Below are positions 9,891 to 19,528 of a DNA stretch of 52,448 nt, one piece after another (position 1 is the first letter of the stretch; each line of letters starts with the position of its first letter). The notes beneath the pieces were generated by a model that saw nothing but the letters and a program-made list of their open reading frames with translations, searched no databases and was not told where the DNA came from. Location of the stretch: positions 1 through 52,448 of the forward strand of contig JBDREC010000108.1 in NCBI GenBank assembly GCA_043820105.1, in the 5' to 3' direction. The DNA comes from Pseudomonadota bacterium (GTDB lineage Bacteria > Bdellovibrionota_F > JAHFAK01 > JBDREC01). The translations under genes and the position numbers were made by a program.

Positions 9891-10599
9891 TTTTACTATC
9901 CTTTTTTTGTTTTTCTAATTTATTATTAATCATTATTTTTATGTTATTAAACAAGGTTGGAATTTCTGCGCCAGCACCGCTTTTTGCTAGCCATTTGGGC
10001 AGCCAACCTCCCATATCAACACTAACTTGAAACCTGACTTTTGATTTTTGTGGGTCCTCAAGTTGCATGATTTGCCAAAGACCCGAGTGAAAATCAATTC
10101 TAACAACACCACTTTTATTTTGAGGGCCTTTAATTTTATTTGAAACATCATACTGTACAAAATATACCTTATCTTTTTCCCAATATTTCACTTCTAATAA
10201 ATAATCTCTATCACTTATTATCGGAAGATTAAGATGTTGATATGCAAAAATATAGCCATCTTTTTTTTCAAGCACTTTGCTTGTGGTAACTCTTTCCACA
10301 ACCCCTAGTTGACCCTCATAATCAATTACACTATCAAGAATAACTTTAGCTGGAAAATTTATAAGTGTTTCACCAGCTATTTTTACTATGTCTGATTTTT
10401 TGTGCTTGTAAACTTTTACACCATCTTTATCTGCAATTTCTTCATATCCCATTGTGGATAATCTTTTGGTCATAGCTGCATTTTCAATATAACTATATTG
10501 ATTCGCAAATATGTGATTTGAATTTGAAATTAAAACAAATAGTAATATCATGACAAGTAGCTGGAAATAGGCTTTAATGTTTAATATAAAATTCTTCAT
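9871..10599 (-). CDS. START/SRPBCC lipid-binding domain protein with signal peptide
   Basis: DKDGVKVY, LPIISDRDY, GVVRI...GLW, VDMGGWLPKWL are typical START motifs. Likely start is ATG 10599 after AGGAG (track start 10632). Overlaps the glycosyltransferase start. Confidence 0.85.
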   Translation of the reverse strand: MKNFILNIKAYFQLLVMILLFVLISNSNHIFANQYSYIENAAMTKRLSTMGYEEIADKDGVKVYKHKKSDIVKIAGETLINFPAKVILDSVIDYEGQLGVVERVTTSKVLEKKDGYIFAYQHLNLPIISDRDYLLEVKYWEKDKVYFVQYDVSNKIKGPQNKSGVVRIDFHSGLWQIMQLEDPQKSKVRFQVSVDMGGWLPKWLAKSGAGAEIPTLFNNIKIMINNKLEKQKKDSKNDINAD

Positions 10600-10690
10600 T
10601 TGGTCTGGCCTGCTCCTATCAGTTAAGGTCATAATGTTTATATTAATTATAAAACAATGTCAATGAAATAATGCGGCGCGTCTATGATTG

Positions 10691-11365
10691 CTATATTGTA
10701 AACTCTATTCCAAGAACAAATCTCCAGAAGTTAGCAGGTTCTATGTCAAAGTTAAATTCAGCATAAGGTTTTCCCCATCCTAAGCCTAGCGCCATATGAA
10801 GGTTAGAGGTCATTTGAAATTGTGTGTTTGGCGCCAGTTCTTCACCCATTGATAGATAGATTTGTGTCAGGAAATTCTTCTTGTTAAATTCAAGACCTGG
10901 AATACCATAAATTGCAATTCCAAATTGGTCGTTAATATATTCAATTGGAACATTAGCTTGAGCAAAAAAATCAAGATGCTGTGCCAGGTTTACATAATAA
11001 ACAATACCAGTATCAATTTGAAATCCTCGTGGAGCAACTATTGGCAGAGTATAGTCAACAATTAAGCTTAAGTGTCTTGACAGGCTTGTTAAAATTCCTA
11101 TTACAGGACTAGTATTAATAGCATCTGTTTCACTGGAGTCAACATAGAGAATTTGTGGAACATCTAAATGGATTTCAAGATTATCTAAAAGACCAAATTC
11201 AGTATATAGGTTCACAGACTCAGTTAAGCCTTGAGTTAACTCAAAATCAGGATAAAAATTAAGTTTTCCCTTAGAAGTAGGTTTCAAAAAGCATTTGTGG
11301 ATTGCAAATACATTTATAGTGAGAAGAAAAAAAAGCACAATAATACTAATTAGTATTTTTTTCAC
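10691..11365 (-). CDS. Hypothetical secreted protein, probable outer-membrane beta-barrel
   Basis: GGAGG RBS, GTG start, signal peptide ending VFA, alternating hydrophobic strands, C-terminal FVLGIEFTI. Confidence 0.6.
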   Translation of the reverse strand: MKKILISIIVLFFLLTINVFAIHKCFLKPTSKGKLNFYPDFELTQGLTESVNLYTEFGLLDNLEIHLDVPQILYVDSSETDAINTSPVIGILTSLSRHLSLIVDYTLPIVAPRGFQIDTGIVYYVNLAQHLDFFAQANVPIEYINDQFGIAIYGIPGLEFNKKNFLTQIYLSMGEELAPNTQFQMTSNLHMALGLGWGKPYAEFNFDIEPANFWRFVLGIEFTI

Positions 11366-11383
11366 AAGAAGCCTCCGAGAATA

Positions 11384-11411
11384 GTACAGCGTACAGCGTA
11401 CGGCGTACGGC
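11384..11411. repeat. Heptamer tandem repeat (GTACRGC)x4
   Basis: GTACAGC GTACAGC GTACGGC GTACGGC. Confidence 0.9.
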
Positions 11412-11440
11412 GAAATATTCAGAATGTTAACTCTTAATTA

Positions 11441-11470
11441 ACTGAATACTGAATACCAAATACTGAATAC
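11441..11470. repeat. Heptamer tandem repeat (ACTGAAT)x4, one degenerate unit
   Basis: ACTGAAT ACTGAAT ACCAAAT ACTGAAT AC. Confidence 0.85.
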
Positions 11471-11474
11471 TACC

Positions 11475-11768
11475 TTATTCCACATCACTTTCAGGTTCTT
11501 CTAAAACCTTTGGAAAATCAGTAAAAGGAAAAGGTTTTGTTTTTTCATTGTAAGACAGATATCTTAGAATTTTATATGCGTAAACAATTACTTTATTTGA
11601 AAAATCCTGCATAGGTTGATTATATTTCTTTGTTATTAAAGCTATTACTAGCTGTACTATTACACAAAATAAAATAATAGATTCACAGATACCGTATATA
11701 CACACATAAAGAATTGTTAATAAAACTCTGATCCAACTTGTTTTTCTTTCGATAAGTTTTTTTTCCAT
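11475..11768 (-). CDS. DUF4389 family membrane protein
   Basis: WIRVLLTIL...VQLVIALIT...LRYLSYNEKTKPFPFTDFP pattern; probable start ATG 11768 after GGAG. Confidence 0.85.
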   Translation of the reverse strand: MEKKLIERKTSWIRVLLTILYVCIYGICESIILFCVIVQLVIALITKKYNQPMQDFSNKVIVYAYKILRYLSYNEKTKPFPFTDFPKVLEEPESDVE

Positions 11769-11975
11769 ATTGTTCTCCATAATAGAAATAAAAGGTTTAA
11801 AATATTTTTGTGCGTTCAAAGAGGAAGTAAAGACTATGAAACTTATTTAGAAAAATCAAAGATAAAATTAAATATTATTTATTAAAAAGTTTTGAATTTT
11901 GGGACAGACTTGACTCAGTATTATTTTTAATCTAAACCAACCTGCTGATATGATAGACAATTAAATTGACAAGTT

Positions 11976-11992
11976 TTGGCATAAGTGTTGCA
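11976..11992 (+). promoter_or_regulatory. Sigma-54 promoter of the 12068 ORF
   Basis: TTGGCATAAGTGTTGCA: GG at 11978-79, N10, GC at 11990-91. Confidence 0.7.
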
Positions 11993-12067
11993 TTTTTATT
12001 TAGAAGGACCATAAAAAGTATAAAACAGTAGAGCATTCTATTTTCTGTTGGGGATTAAAGAAACATT

Positions 12068-13180
12068 ATGAAACAGAAATCTTTGAAAACTAAAATTTTT
12101 GCGCTTTTATCTTTATTTGTATTGCTGCAATCTCTGGGTTTTGCTCAAGATAGACTAAAAGCATTAAGACCAACTATTTCAGACAAGAGAGTTGAGAATT
12201 TAATGAGTGGGGTCGTTTCTTTTAGATTTCACAAATATGACAAGCTTTTAAAACTTGCTCAGAGCAAAGACTTAGAAAACTCTGGTTATGCCATGGTTTA
12301 TCTAGGTTTTTATCTTAAATTATCCTTATCAAAAGAGATTAATTTAAATGATATAAATAGTGTTTTTGAAGCCATTGATTCTCAGGTCGATGTTGCTTTG
12401 AAATATTTTGAACAAATAGTTCTTAAAGTAAATTTCCATACAATGGAAAGTGAAGATTTTTTAACATATTTAAATCATGCTAATTCCATTATTTTAGCTC
12501 TAAATATAATTTTAGATTTAAAGTACAAGAAAGAGGATCTTAGTAGGTTTAGGAATCTTTTGGAATATTTTAAGCATACTTACGCTCTAACTTTGCTTAA
12601 TGTAGCGCAACTGTCTTTGAAAGATATTGATCGCGATGGGAAAAATATTTATCTCCTTGAAAATACTATTAGAGTACTTGGAATGCTAGCTAGAGAATTA
12701 AATGATTTTGAGCTTGGATTTAAAGTTATGAATATTTTAGACGATCTATCAATGAATATTATTACCTTGATTGAGACTCGATATGCAAAAGGGCGATCTT
12801 TAATAGCTGTAGAACTTGTTTATGTACAGGCTCTGAAAAATATAATTATCTCCTTTGGACGAAATGGGCATCTTTATCCACCAATTTTAAAATATCTTGG
12901 TAAAATAAAAACCTGGGCAGAGCTTTTTTGTGAAGTTTATAATAAAGAGCTTGGTAGTGAATTAATTAAAGATGTTGATAAAGCCTTTGAGCATATAGAA
13001 ATCCACTTTGGTGGCTTAAATATATTTAAAATTTATGGACGTGATTTTTCATTATTTGATGGTAGAAGCACTATTGATGATGATAAAAGACCTTTAAGCC
13101 AAGGTGATGATAGTCAGAGAAGTTATCGGTTTAATCCTATCGGTGAAATTAATTTTTATTCTTGCATATCTATTTTTTAG
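12068..13180 (+). CDS. Hypothetical secreted alpha-helical protein ending in CISIF
   Basis: 370-aa ORF with a signal peptide (ending LGFA-Q); no recognised family. Confidence 0.75.
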   Translation: MKQKSLKTKIFALLSLFVLLQSLGFAQDRLKALRPTISDKRVENLMSGVVSFRFHKYDKLLKLAQSKDLENSGYAMVYLGFYLKLSLSKEINLNDINSVFEAIDSQVDVALKYFEQIVLKVNFHTMESEDFLTYLNHANSIILALNIILDLKYKKEDLSRFRNLLEYFKHTYALTLLNVAQLSLKDIDRDGKNIYLLENTIRVLGMLARELNDFELGFKVMNILDDLSMNIITLIETRYAKGRSLIAVELVYVQALKNIIISFGRNGHLYPPILKYLGKIKTWAELFCEVYNKELGSELIKDVDKAFEHIEIHFGGLNIFKIYGRDFSLFDGRSTIDDDKRPLSQGDDSQRSYRFNPIGEINFYSCISIF

Positions 13181-13269
13181 CAACTTTTATTTACTAGATA
13201 ATTTAATGAAATTTTAGTATAATACTATAGTATGCTAAAAGTATTATATATAAAAAGGAATCAGGGGAG

Positions 13270-13731
13270 ATGAAGAACATGTTTAACATGTTGAAAATAA
13301 TGCTAATTTTATTTCTTGCTTTAAGCCTGTCTTCTTTAGCTTCACCGAAAATCGGTGGATCTTGTTCTTATTCTTCAAATCCAGGTGAAATTGTTATTTT
13401 GGATATTATGGAATCTGACCTTAAAAAACGGAAGGATAATCCCTGTGAAAAATCATTTATTATTACTTATAAATTCAAAGCAAAGCTTAGAGATAATTTG
13501 AGTGAATTAGCACAAAGCATTGAAGCAAAGGAATTGAATTTGAAGTTTGCTTCTGGTTTTTATCCAGGACCAAAGTTTATAAAAAAATATCAAATCGAAA
13601 AAGGTAAAATATTTGAAGCAAACTTGAAATTGATTGAAAAGGGAACTTGTACTCCTTTTATTATAGATATTCCTGAAATTGATTTGTCAGATAGATTTGA
13701 ATTTTTAGAATGCATGGAGCAGGATAAGTGA
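13270..13731 (+). CDS. Hypothetical secreted protein with conserved-looking cysteines
   Basis: GGGGAG RBS, signal peptide, IGGSCSY and KGTCTP motifs; GTGA overlap with the next gene. Confidence 0.75.
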   Translation: MKNMFNMLKIMLILFLALSLSSLASPKIGGSCSYSSNPGEIVILDIMESDLKKRKDNPCEKSFIITYKFKAKLRDNLSELAQSIEAKELNLKFASGFYPGPKFIKKYQIEKGKIFEANLKLIEKGTCTPFIIDIPEIDLSDRFEFLECMEQDK

Positions 13732-16673
13732 AACTAATTTTTAAAAAAAATTATTTCTACATTTTTCTAATATGCATTTCTTTATTTTTATTGAATATTT
13801 CACCAATTTTTTCACTAGTAGCTTTTGAAGATAATGATTCTCTAAGTGAAATTCGTAAAAAGATACAAGAAAATGGATATAATTTTGAGGTTGATCACAC
13901 TTGGGTTTATGATTTGCCTCAATCTGAAAGGGATAAAGTCGTTCGACTTGGCGTTCCCATTACTCAAAAAACATCCTGTAAAACTTCAAAGAGATTTAAA
14001 TTTCAAGTTGGTGATGAGCTTTTGCCAGCAAGTTTTGATTGGCGAGATTACAATGGACATTCCTATGTCAATGCCATCAGAAATCAAGGATCTTGCGGAT
14101 CATGTTATGCTTTTGCAGATGTTGCAGCAGCAGAAGGAACTTACAATTTTGCAATGGGCCTTTATGATGATGATAGAGCAAGTTTTTCAGAATCTTTTAT
14201 GCTTTATTGTCTCGCTGACTTAGAAGAATATTCAAGTCATATGTTAGGCTGTGGTGGAGCTGATGTTCTTTATTATGATATGGATTCTTTTGTTGAATAT
14301 GGAGCCATTGCACTTGCTAGTTTTGCATATACAGAAACAGATCCTGGTTGTACTCATTGGGGAAATGATAGAACACAAATGACATCTTATGAGAGAATTG
14401 ACTGTAATGATATAGCGGCAATTAAATCAGCCATAAAAAATTATGGAAGTGTAAGAGCCAATGTTTTAACAACCTCTGCCTTTACTGCTTATGTAAGTGG
14501 AATTTACGAAGATGAAAATACTGCTTGTGCTGCAGAGCCTTGTTATTTGGAAAACGTAGATCATGCTATCGCTTTAGTTGGCTGGAATGATAATGGTGAC
14601 GCTGATAATAATGGTTACTGGATCTTAAGAAACTCATGGGGCGATTCTTGGGGTGAAGCTGGCTATATGAGAATAAAATATACCTCAGCTGCTGTGTCAT
14701 GTGCCGCGGCTTATTATACCTATACTTCAACCTTAACATCTGACCCAATCTCAATTGTTTTTGAAGATGTTTATGTTAATGATGCATCTGATGCCTTTAC
14801 TATAATATTGACTAATTCAGGAGCTCCTGATGTTTCGATTTCATCTGCTGCATTAACAGGAACTGACGCAGATGACTTTAGTTTAAGTGAGGACAATTGC
14901 ACGGGTGTAACTTTGTCTTCCGGTGAGTCCTGCAGTCTTAAAATAATATTTACTCCAAGCTCAGCAAAGGTTATGACTGCTTATTTATCAGTCCTATATA
15001 ATGATGCAGATATTAAGGAAATAACAATCAATGCAGAAGGGCTTAATAACTTGCCTACAGCCAGTGCTGGGCCTGATCAAACAGTTGATGAATCAGAATC
15101 CGTTAGTTTGAATGGAGCAAATTCAAGTGATGCAGATGGTACTATCGTATCATATTTATGGTCTCAAAGCTCAGGTACAACAGTTACTTTATCAAGTGTA
15201 GCAGCCGCTTCTCCAACTTTTGATTCTCCAAATGTTGGTGAAAATGGAGAAGCTTTGGTTTTTAATTTAACTGTAACTGATAATGATGGTGGCCAGGATG
15301 TCGATTCTTGCATAGTTAATGTTACCTGGATTAATGTTGCACCAGTTGCTGACGCTGGGGATAATCAAACAGTTGAAGAAGGAGATATTGTTACTCTTGA
15401 CGGAAGCGCGTCAAGTGATGAAGATGATGGAATAGCTATTTATTTGTGGGAACAAACTGCCGGAACAAGTGTTACCTTATCTGATTCAAGTTCTTCAGAA
15501 CCAACCTTTACTGCTCCAGATACAGGAGTAGATGGTGAGGCTTTAACATTTCAACTAACTGTTACTGATGAGTCAGGCTTACAAGATACTGATACAGTTG
15601 TTGTTAATGTGAGTTGGGTAAATGCCACTCCTATAGCTTTAACAGGAAGCGATCAGACAGTGAAAGAGGGTGTAACTGTAATTTTAGACGCTTCTTTATC
15701 TTCGGATATTGATGATGGAATTGCTAGCTATGAGTGGACACAAAGTGAGGGCGATCCAGTTACTTTATCTGACTCAACTTCTGCTACTCCTACATTTGTT
15801 GCTCCAATTGTTGCTTCAGCTGATCTTACTTTAATCTTTACAGTAACAGTTACTGATGTTGGTGGATTGCAAGATACCTATGATACAGCAATAACTGTTC
15901 AGGATAATGCTATTACAGACTTTGCAAGCGATATTTTATCAACATATTCTTTTAATGATATAGCTTTTGGTTTTAAAATAATATCAGGCGGCGATTTTGT
16001 AGCTATTGATTCTTATGATCCTGATACCTTATCCCTCTCTGCAACTCCAACAGATATGGGCTATGGTATATTTGAGATTAAGATTAAAACAGAGGAATTA
16101 GCTCAGAAAGTAAAATTTATTATTTATCTTTCTATAGATGGTGAAGAGAATTCTGTTTTTTATAATTATAAAAATGATTCTTCATGGTCATATGAAAATT
16201 CAACTTATTCACTCAGAAAAGACCTCATTACTGTTTCCGTTAAAGAAGGAGGTGGGAATGATTATGATGGTGAGGAAGATCAAATTTTAACTTTCATCGC
16301 AGGAATTAATGAGCCAAGCTCAATTTCCAGCGAAGGTCAAAGTACTAGCTCAGATTGGTGTTTTATTGCAACCGCTGCTTATGGTTCAAAGCTTGATCCG
16401 CATGTTGTTTATTTGAGGCAATTTCGGGATCAATATTTAATGAAGAATCTTTTGGGAAGAAAGTTTGTAGAATTTTATTATGAAAAGTCTCCAGCTATTG
16501 CTAAAATTATTGCTGATAATGCTGTATATAGATTCATTGTTAAAATATTGTTACTACCATTTGTTTTATTTTCTTTTATAATTCTTAATTATCCTATCTT
16601 ATCGATTTTACTTTCACTTAGTATGCTTCCGGCTTTTTGGTTGATAATTTTTGTAAAGAGAATTAGGGATTAG
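13728..16673 (+). CDS. C1A cysteine peptidase with Ig-like domain, three PKD/K319L-like repeats and CFI-box-CTERM anchor
   Basis: LPASFDWR, IRNQGSCGSCYAF, DHAIALVGW, WILRNSWG; DNCTGVTLSSGESC Ig domain; three AGxDQTVxEG...LDxSxSSDxD repeats; WCFIATAAYGS...LRQFRD...FYYEKSP followed by a TM helix. Confidence 0.93.
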   Translation: MKLIFKKNYFYIFLICISLFLLNISPIFSLVAFEDNDSLSEIRKKIQENGYNFEVDHTWVYDLPQSERDKVVRLGVPITQKTSCKTSKRFKFQVGDELLPASFDWRDYNGHSYVNAIRNQGSCGSCYAFADVAAAEGTYNFAMGLYDDDRASFSESFMLYCLADLEEYSSHMLGCGGADVLYYDMDSFVEYGAIALASFAYTETDPGCTHWGNDRTQMTSYERIDCNDIAAIKSAIKNYGSVRANVLTTSAFTAYVSGIYEDENTACAAEPCYLENVDHAIALVGWNDNGDADNNGYWILRNSWGDSWGEAGYMRIKYTSAAVSCAAAYYTYTSTLTSDPISIVFEDVYVNDASDAFTIILTNSGAPDVSISSAALTGTDADDFSLSEDNCTGVTLSSGESCSLKIIFTPSSAKVMTAYLSVLYNDADIKEITINAEGLNNLPTASAGPDQTVDESESVSLNGANSSDADGTIVSYLWSQSSGTTVTLSSVAAASPTFDSPNVGENGEALVFNLTVTDNDGGQDVDSCIVNVTWINVAPVADAGDNQTVEEGDIVTLDGSASSDEDDGIAIYLWEQTAGTSVTLSDSSSSEPTFTAPDTGVDGEALTFQLTVTDESGLQDTDTVVVNVSWVNATPIALTGSDQTVKEGVTVILDASLSSDIDDGIASYEWTQSEGDPVTLSDSTSATPTFVAPIVASADLTLIFTVTVTDVGGLQDTYDTAITVQDNAITDFASDILSTYSFNDIAFGFKIISGGDFVAIDSYDPDTLSLSATPTDMGYGIFEIKIKTEELAQKVKFIIYLSIDGEENSVFYNYKNDSSWSYENSTYSLRKDLITVSVKEGGGNDYDGEEDQILTFIAGINEPSSISSEGQSTSSDWCFIATAAYGSKLDPHVVYLRQFRDQYLMKNLLGRKFVEFYYEKSPAIAKIIADNAVYRFIVKILLLPFVLFSFIILNYPILSILLSLSMLPAFWLIIFVKRIRD

Positions 16674-16707
16674 AATTAAGATTAAGATTAGGAATTAAGA
16701 ATTAAGA
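16660..16707. repeat. Degenerate 6-7-nt tandem repeat (A)ATTARG
   Basis: GAATTAGGGATTAGAATTAAGATTAAGATTAGGAATTAAGAATTAAGA fills the intergenic gap. Confidence 0.8.
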
Positions 16708-17550
16708 ATGAAAAAAGATCTTACCTCCATTGACTTTCATGATAATGCGGAAATTTATGATGCAATAAATGATTTTGATTTTGATTTAGAGTTTTATAAA
16801 AAATGGATTGCAAAATCTGGAAATAAGATTTTGGAAGTTTGCTGTGGAACTGGCAGGCTTGGTTTGCATCTGGCAAAACTAAATATAAACTACACAGGCC
16901 TTGATATCTCAAATTCTTTTTTAAAGTCTTTTAAGTCTAAGCTTGTGAAAGAGAACAAGAGCGCAAGGGAACAAGGGGATAAACAATTCGAAATTCAAAA
17001 TTCAAAATTCAAAATTAAAGATTCTAAGGTAAGACTTCTGAAAAGAGATATGAGATGTTTTGATTTGAAGCAGAAATTTGATTTGGTTTTTATTCCTTTT
17101 AATTCATTTTTGCATCTTTATACGTATCAAGATGCGAGTAAATTTATGGAATCTGTAAAAAAACATTTAGCAAAAAAGAGTTACTGCATTATTGATGTAT
17201 TTAACCCTGAACCAAAGTTTTTAGCCAATGCATCAAAAAAAGAAAGAAAATTTAAGAACCAAAAAACTGGTGGATATATCTTTAAGACTGACTCTGGTCT
17301 AAAATTCAGGCTCTATGAAAAGGGAGTTTATAATAAAAAAAACCAAATCCTTGAGAATAACTGGAGATACCTTTTTCTGGATCAGGCAAGAGAAGTTAAT
17401 AAAAGCCTGAATTTAAGAATGTATTATCCACAGGAACTTAATGCTTTACTTGCTTTCAATGGTTTCAGGATTATACACAAATTTGGTGATCACAACGAAA
17501 CAGGATTTAACTCTGATTCCATGTATCAGATTTGTGTGTGTCAAAAATAA
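16708..17550 (+). CDS. Class I SAM-dependent methyltransferase with an in-frame repeat-derived insertion
   Basis: ILEVCCGTGRL (motif I), GLDIS, DMRCFDLKQKFDLVFIPFNSFLHL, LRMYYPQEL. Confidence 0.92.
   Translation: MKKDLTSIDFHDNAEIYDAINDFDFDLEFYKKWIAKSGNKILEVCCGTGRLGLHLAKLNINYTGLDISNSFLKSFKSKLVKENKSAREQGDKQFEIQNSKFKIKDSKVRLLKRDMRCFDLKQKFDLVFIPFNSFLHLYTYQDASKFMESVKKHLAKKSYCIIDVFNPEPKFLANASKKERKFKNQKTGGYIFKTDSGLKFRLYEKGVYNKKNQILENNWRYLFLDQAREVNKSLNLRMYYPQELNALLAFNGFRIIHKFGDHNETGFNSDSMYQICVCQK
16941..17019 (+). repeat. Octamer repeat (AAGRGMRC-like)x4 followed by heptamer repeat (AATTCAA-like)x5, inside the CDS
   Basis: GCTTGTGAAAGAGAACAAGAGCGCAAGGGAACAAGGGGATAAA, then AATTCGA AATTCAA AATTCAA AATTCAA AATTAAA. 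Confidence 0.85.
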
Positions 17551-17552
17551 TA

Positions 17553-17987
17553 TCAGTTTTTAAAATATACTAAAAGTGCTGAACCAATAATACAAAATGA
17601 AATCCCTGCCATTTGAATAGCAGATAATTTTTCGTGTAGCACCAGGATTCCGAGAATTGTTCCGATTACAGGTGCCAGGCAAAAAGCTATAGTCATGACA
17701 GTTGAAAGATTTCCTGTTTTTAGGCCGGTGTAAAGGAATACAATTCCCAATCCACCTGCCAGAAATCCACCTCCAATGGCAATAAGGGATATTGACTTAA
17801 ATCCGGCTAATTTTAATTGACCCCAAAAAGGAAAAGAGATTACTATTAACATTAATAGAGAAAAGGCGGTACGAATGGTTGTTCCCATCACCGGGGCTAA
17901 ACCACCAAGGGTAACTCCTTTTTTCTCAAGTAATGAGCCTATACCCCAACAAAAAGCTGTTAGAACAGCCCAAAGCTCTGCGTTCAT
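17553..17987 (-). CDS. EamA/DMT family transporter (single repeat)
   Basis: LTAFCWG start, five hydrophobic helices, ILVLHEKLS...AGI motif. Confidence 0.9.
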   Translation of the reverse strand: MNAELWAVLTAFCWGIGSLLEKKGVTLGGLAPVMGTTIRTAFSLLMLIVISFPFWGQLKLAGFKSISLIAIGGGFLAGGLGIVFLYTGLKTGNLSTVMTIAFCLAPVIGTILGILVLHEKLSAIQMAGISFCIIGSALLVYFKN

Positions 17988-18105
17988 ATTTATTTTAATC
18001 CTTTAATGAATTATAATTATTTTTTTATATTATCCTGTTAAGATAAAGTAAATAATATTTAATGAAGAATATTTGCAGGGCTAATATTCCACAAATGGAA
18101 AAAAA

Positions 18106-19302
18106 TTACCTTATGCGGGCAGAGTTGGTATTTATCATTTCAGCTAGTTTTACAGCCGGGTCTTTGACTTTACTTAAAAATATCATTGCAGCAATGACAT
18201 ATGGTTTATAGCTTGCTTCTTTGTAGAGGGGGGTTCTGTACCTGTCAAATACTGAGGCAACTACTTCACCTTCTTTGCAGCTTACGCCAGTAATATCAGC
18301 TGGCAAGCAATGCATGTATAAAGCTTTTCCATTTTTTGTTTTTGACATTAAGTCTTCTGTGCATTCCCATTCTTTGTGATTTGCATTTTGATTTAATAAC
18401 TCTTTTTCAAGAGCTTTAATTCCATCAAAATCGGAATTTCCATAAAGATTTGTTCTTTTTTCCATTGCAGCAAATGGTGCCCAGCTTTTTGGGTAAACAA
18501 TATCAGCATCTTGAAATGCTTCTGCCATACGGTAGGTTTTAGTAAAACTTCCACCTGATTCTGAGCTATTGGCTTTGGCTAATGTTTCAATGTCTGACAT
18601 AATTTCATAGCCTTCAGGGTGTGCTAGAGTAACATCCATTCCAAAACGTGTGAATAATCCAACAATACCTTGGGGAACAGATAAAGGTTTTCCATAAGAA
18701 GGTGAATAAGCCCAGGTCATGGCTATTTTTTTGCCTTTTAGGTTTTCAATTCCACCAAAGTGATTAATGACATGCATAGCATCTGACATTGATTGCGTAG
18801 GGTGGTCAATATCACATTGAAGGTTAACTAGAGTTGGCCTTTGTTCTAAAACGCCATCTTTATGGCCAAGTTCAACTGACTGGGCTACTTCCTGCATGTA
18901 AGTATGACCTTTGCCAATGTACATGTCATCCCTAATTCCAATTATGTCTGCCATAAATGAGATCATGTTAGCAGTTTCTCTAACAGTTTCACCATGAGCA
19001 ATTTGAGATTTGCCTTCATCTAGATCCTGAACTTCTAAGCCTAGAAAGTTACAAGCTGAAGCAAAACTAAATCTTGTTCTTGTTGAATTATCTCTAAATA
19101 ATGAAACCCCAAGGCCTGAATCAAAAATCCTTGCGGAAATATTATTTTCCCTCATTCCTCTAAGGATGTCAGCTACTAAAAAAGTCGCCCCAATTTCTTC
19201 ATCATTTTTATCCCAGGTTAATAAAAAATCATCATTAAACATTTTGATGTTTTTTTTATCAGATAATTGCTTAACTAAATTATTTATTGAATCAATGTTC
19301 AT
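18106..19302 (-). CDS. ygeW: Knotted carbamoyltransferase YgeW
   Basis: FRDNSTRTRFSF, GKSQIAHGETVRETANMISF, NLQCDIDHPTQ, WAYSPSYGKPLSVPQG, YMHCLPAD. Confidence 0.95.
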   Translation of the reverse strand: MNIDSINNLVKQLSDKKNIKMFNDDFLLTWDKNDEEIGATFLVADILRGMRENNISARIFDSGLGVSLFRDNSTRTRFSFASACNFLGLEVQDLDEGKSQIAHGETVRETANMISFMADIIGIRDDMYIGKGHTYMQEVAQSVELGHKDGVLEQRPTLVNLQCDIDHPTQSMSDAMHVINHFGGIENLKGKKIAMTWAYSPSYGKPLSVPQGIVGLFTRFGMDVTLAHPEGYEIMSDIETLAKANSSESGGSFTKTYRMAEAFQDADIVYPKSWAPFAAMEKRTNLYGNSDFDGIKALEKELLNQNANHKEWECTEDLMSKTKNGKALYMHCLPADITGVSCKEGEVVASVFDRYRTPLYKEASYKPYVIAAMIFLSKVKDPAVKLAEMINTNSARIR

Positions 19303-19528
19303 CTTTTTATTCCTTCTGATTTATTGTTTTCATATTACTAAGTGTGATATATTGAAAATAAATAAAAAAGAAAGTAAAAAAAGGCTTTTGATTAAATTAT
19401 TCAATAATCTGTAATATTTTGAATTTAAACCTTTTTATGATATAATATAAATATATATGTGTTTTTAAGATTATCACAAAATAATATCTTGAAATCATTA
19501 TGTTATCTTTTTAATAAGGAGGGGTAAA

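Noticed and set aside
11371-11378. GCCTCCG as another REP arm
   Set aside because: Lacks the adjoining TAC and is positioned as the GGAGG RBS of the 11365 GTG start.
13163-13180. C-terminal CISIF (and CLNLF, CLNIF) as eukaryote-type CaaX prenylation motifs
   Set aside because: The Cys is fifth from the end, not fourth; kept instead as a distinct motif.
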